A stretch of 64,000 nt of DNA from Oculina patagonica (Eukaryota), in the NCBI RefSeq assembly GCF_052425735.1, contig NC_135765.1, positions 32,426,001-32,490,000 on the forward strand, in the 5' to 3' direction. The first letter of the stretch is position 1, and every line of letters starts with the position of its first letter. Under the pieces are notes generated by a model, which saw nothing but the letters and a program-made list of their open reading frames with translations, ran no database searches and was not told the DNA's origin. The position numbers were made by a program, and so were the translations under genes. Of the stretch, positions 63,816 to 64,000 are shown piece after piece.

Positions 63816-63981
63816 TGGTCTGGGGTTTGAACCCAAGACCTCCCGCACAGCAGTCCGGCGCTCTACCAACTGAGCTAACCAGGCTCTTTGGTCTAAACGT
63901 AAAACTTTTTTTTACATACATTAGGTGGTGTTGATGTTCCAGATGTGACCCCTAGAGTTCCAGCAAGACAGCTACTTATAG
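62165..63981 (+). CDS. Proline-rich protein, first exons (62165-62747, 63925-63981), continues beyond the window
   Basis: Long open frame ending at a GTGAGT donor; phase-compatible second exon SGVDVPDVTPRVPARQLLI; PxxP motifs RPLPP, PLPPRPPR and acidic Tyr motifs DNYK, QNYE. Confidence 0.7.
63263..63735. mobile_element. Tc1/mariner-type MITE
   Basis: TA|CCTTATTGTTACTTATTTTCGC...GCGAAAATAAGTAACAATAAGG|TA, internal CGCGAAATT repeats. Confidence 0.85.
63745..63885 (-). mobile_element. tRNA-derived SINE 5' part (Nin/Deu-like domain)
   Basis: Minus strand GCCTGGTTAGCTCAGTTGGTAGAGCG..GGTTCAAACCC followed by CCAACACTCAGGGTCTTAAAATAACTGAGGAGAA. Confidence 0.7.
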
Positions 63982-64000
63982 GTGAGAAAAATAAAAAAAT

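Overview
AT-rich, intron-containing animal DNA, not prokaryotic. The repeat families and gene style point to a stony coral or other anthozoan (inference). Gene order: (1) 5' part of DNA polymerase alpha catalytic subunit POLA1 (- strand, 17 exons traced, runs off the window start); (2) a head-to-head two-exon flavin-containing monooxygenase (FMO) plus a SINE-disrupted partial FMO duplicate; (3) an intronless TRIM-NHL E3 ligase; (4) a ~30 kb array of ten copies of histamine N-methyltransferase (HNMT)-like genes from two distinct clades (5 intact ORFs, 4 single-lesion copies, 1 stub), built by a ~4.6 kb inverted duplication and a ~4.68 kb tandem duplication that carries a 153-bp satellite; (5) a 7-exon choline-phosphate cytidylyltransferase (PCYT1) and a divergent proline-rich gene. 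Best candidates for something new: a possible animal small-molecule gene cluster (FMO plus diversifying N-methyltransferases) and three Penelope/retrozyme-type minimal hammerhead ribozyme motifs, one inside a perfect 80-bp-arm palindrome upstream of the TRIM gene. Many MITEs, an AcademH-like derivative and tRNA-derived SINEs are present. All calls were made by eye, with no database searches.
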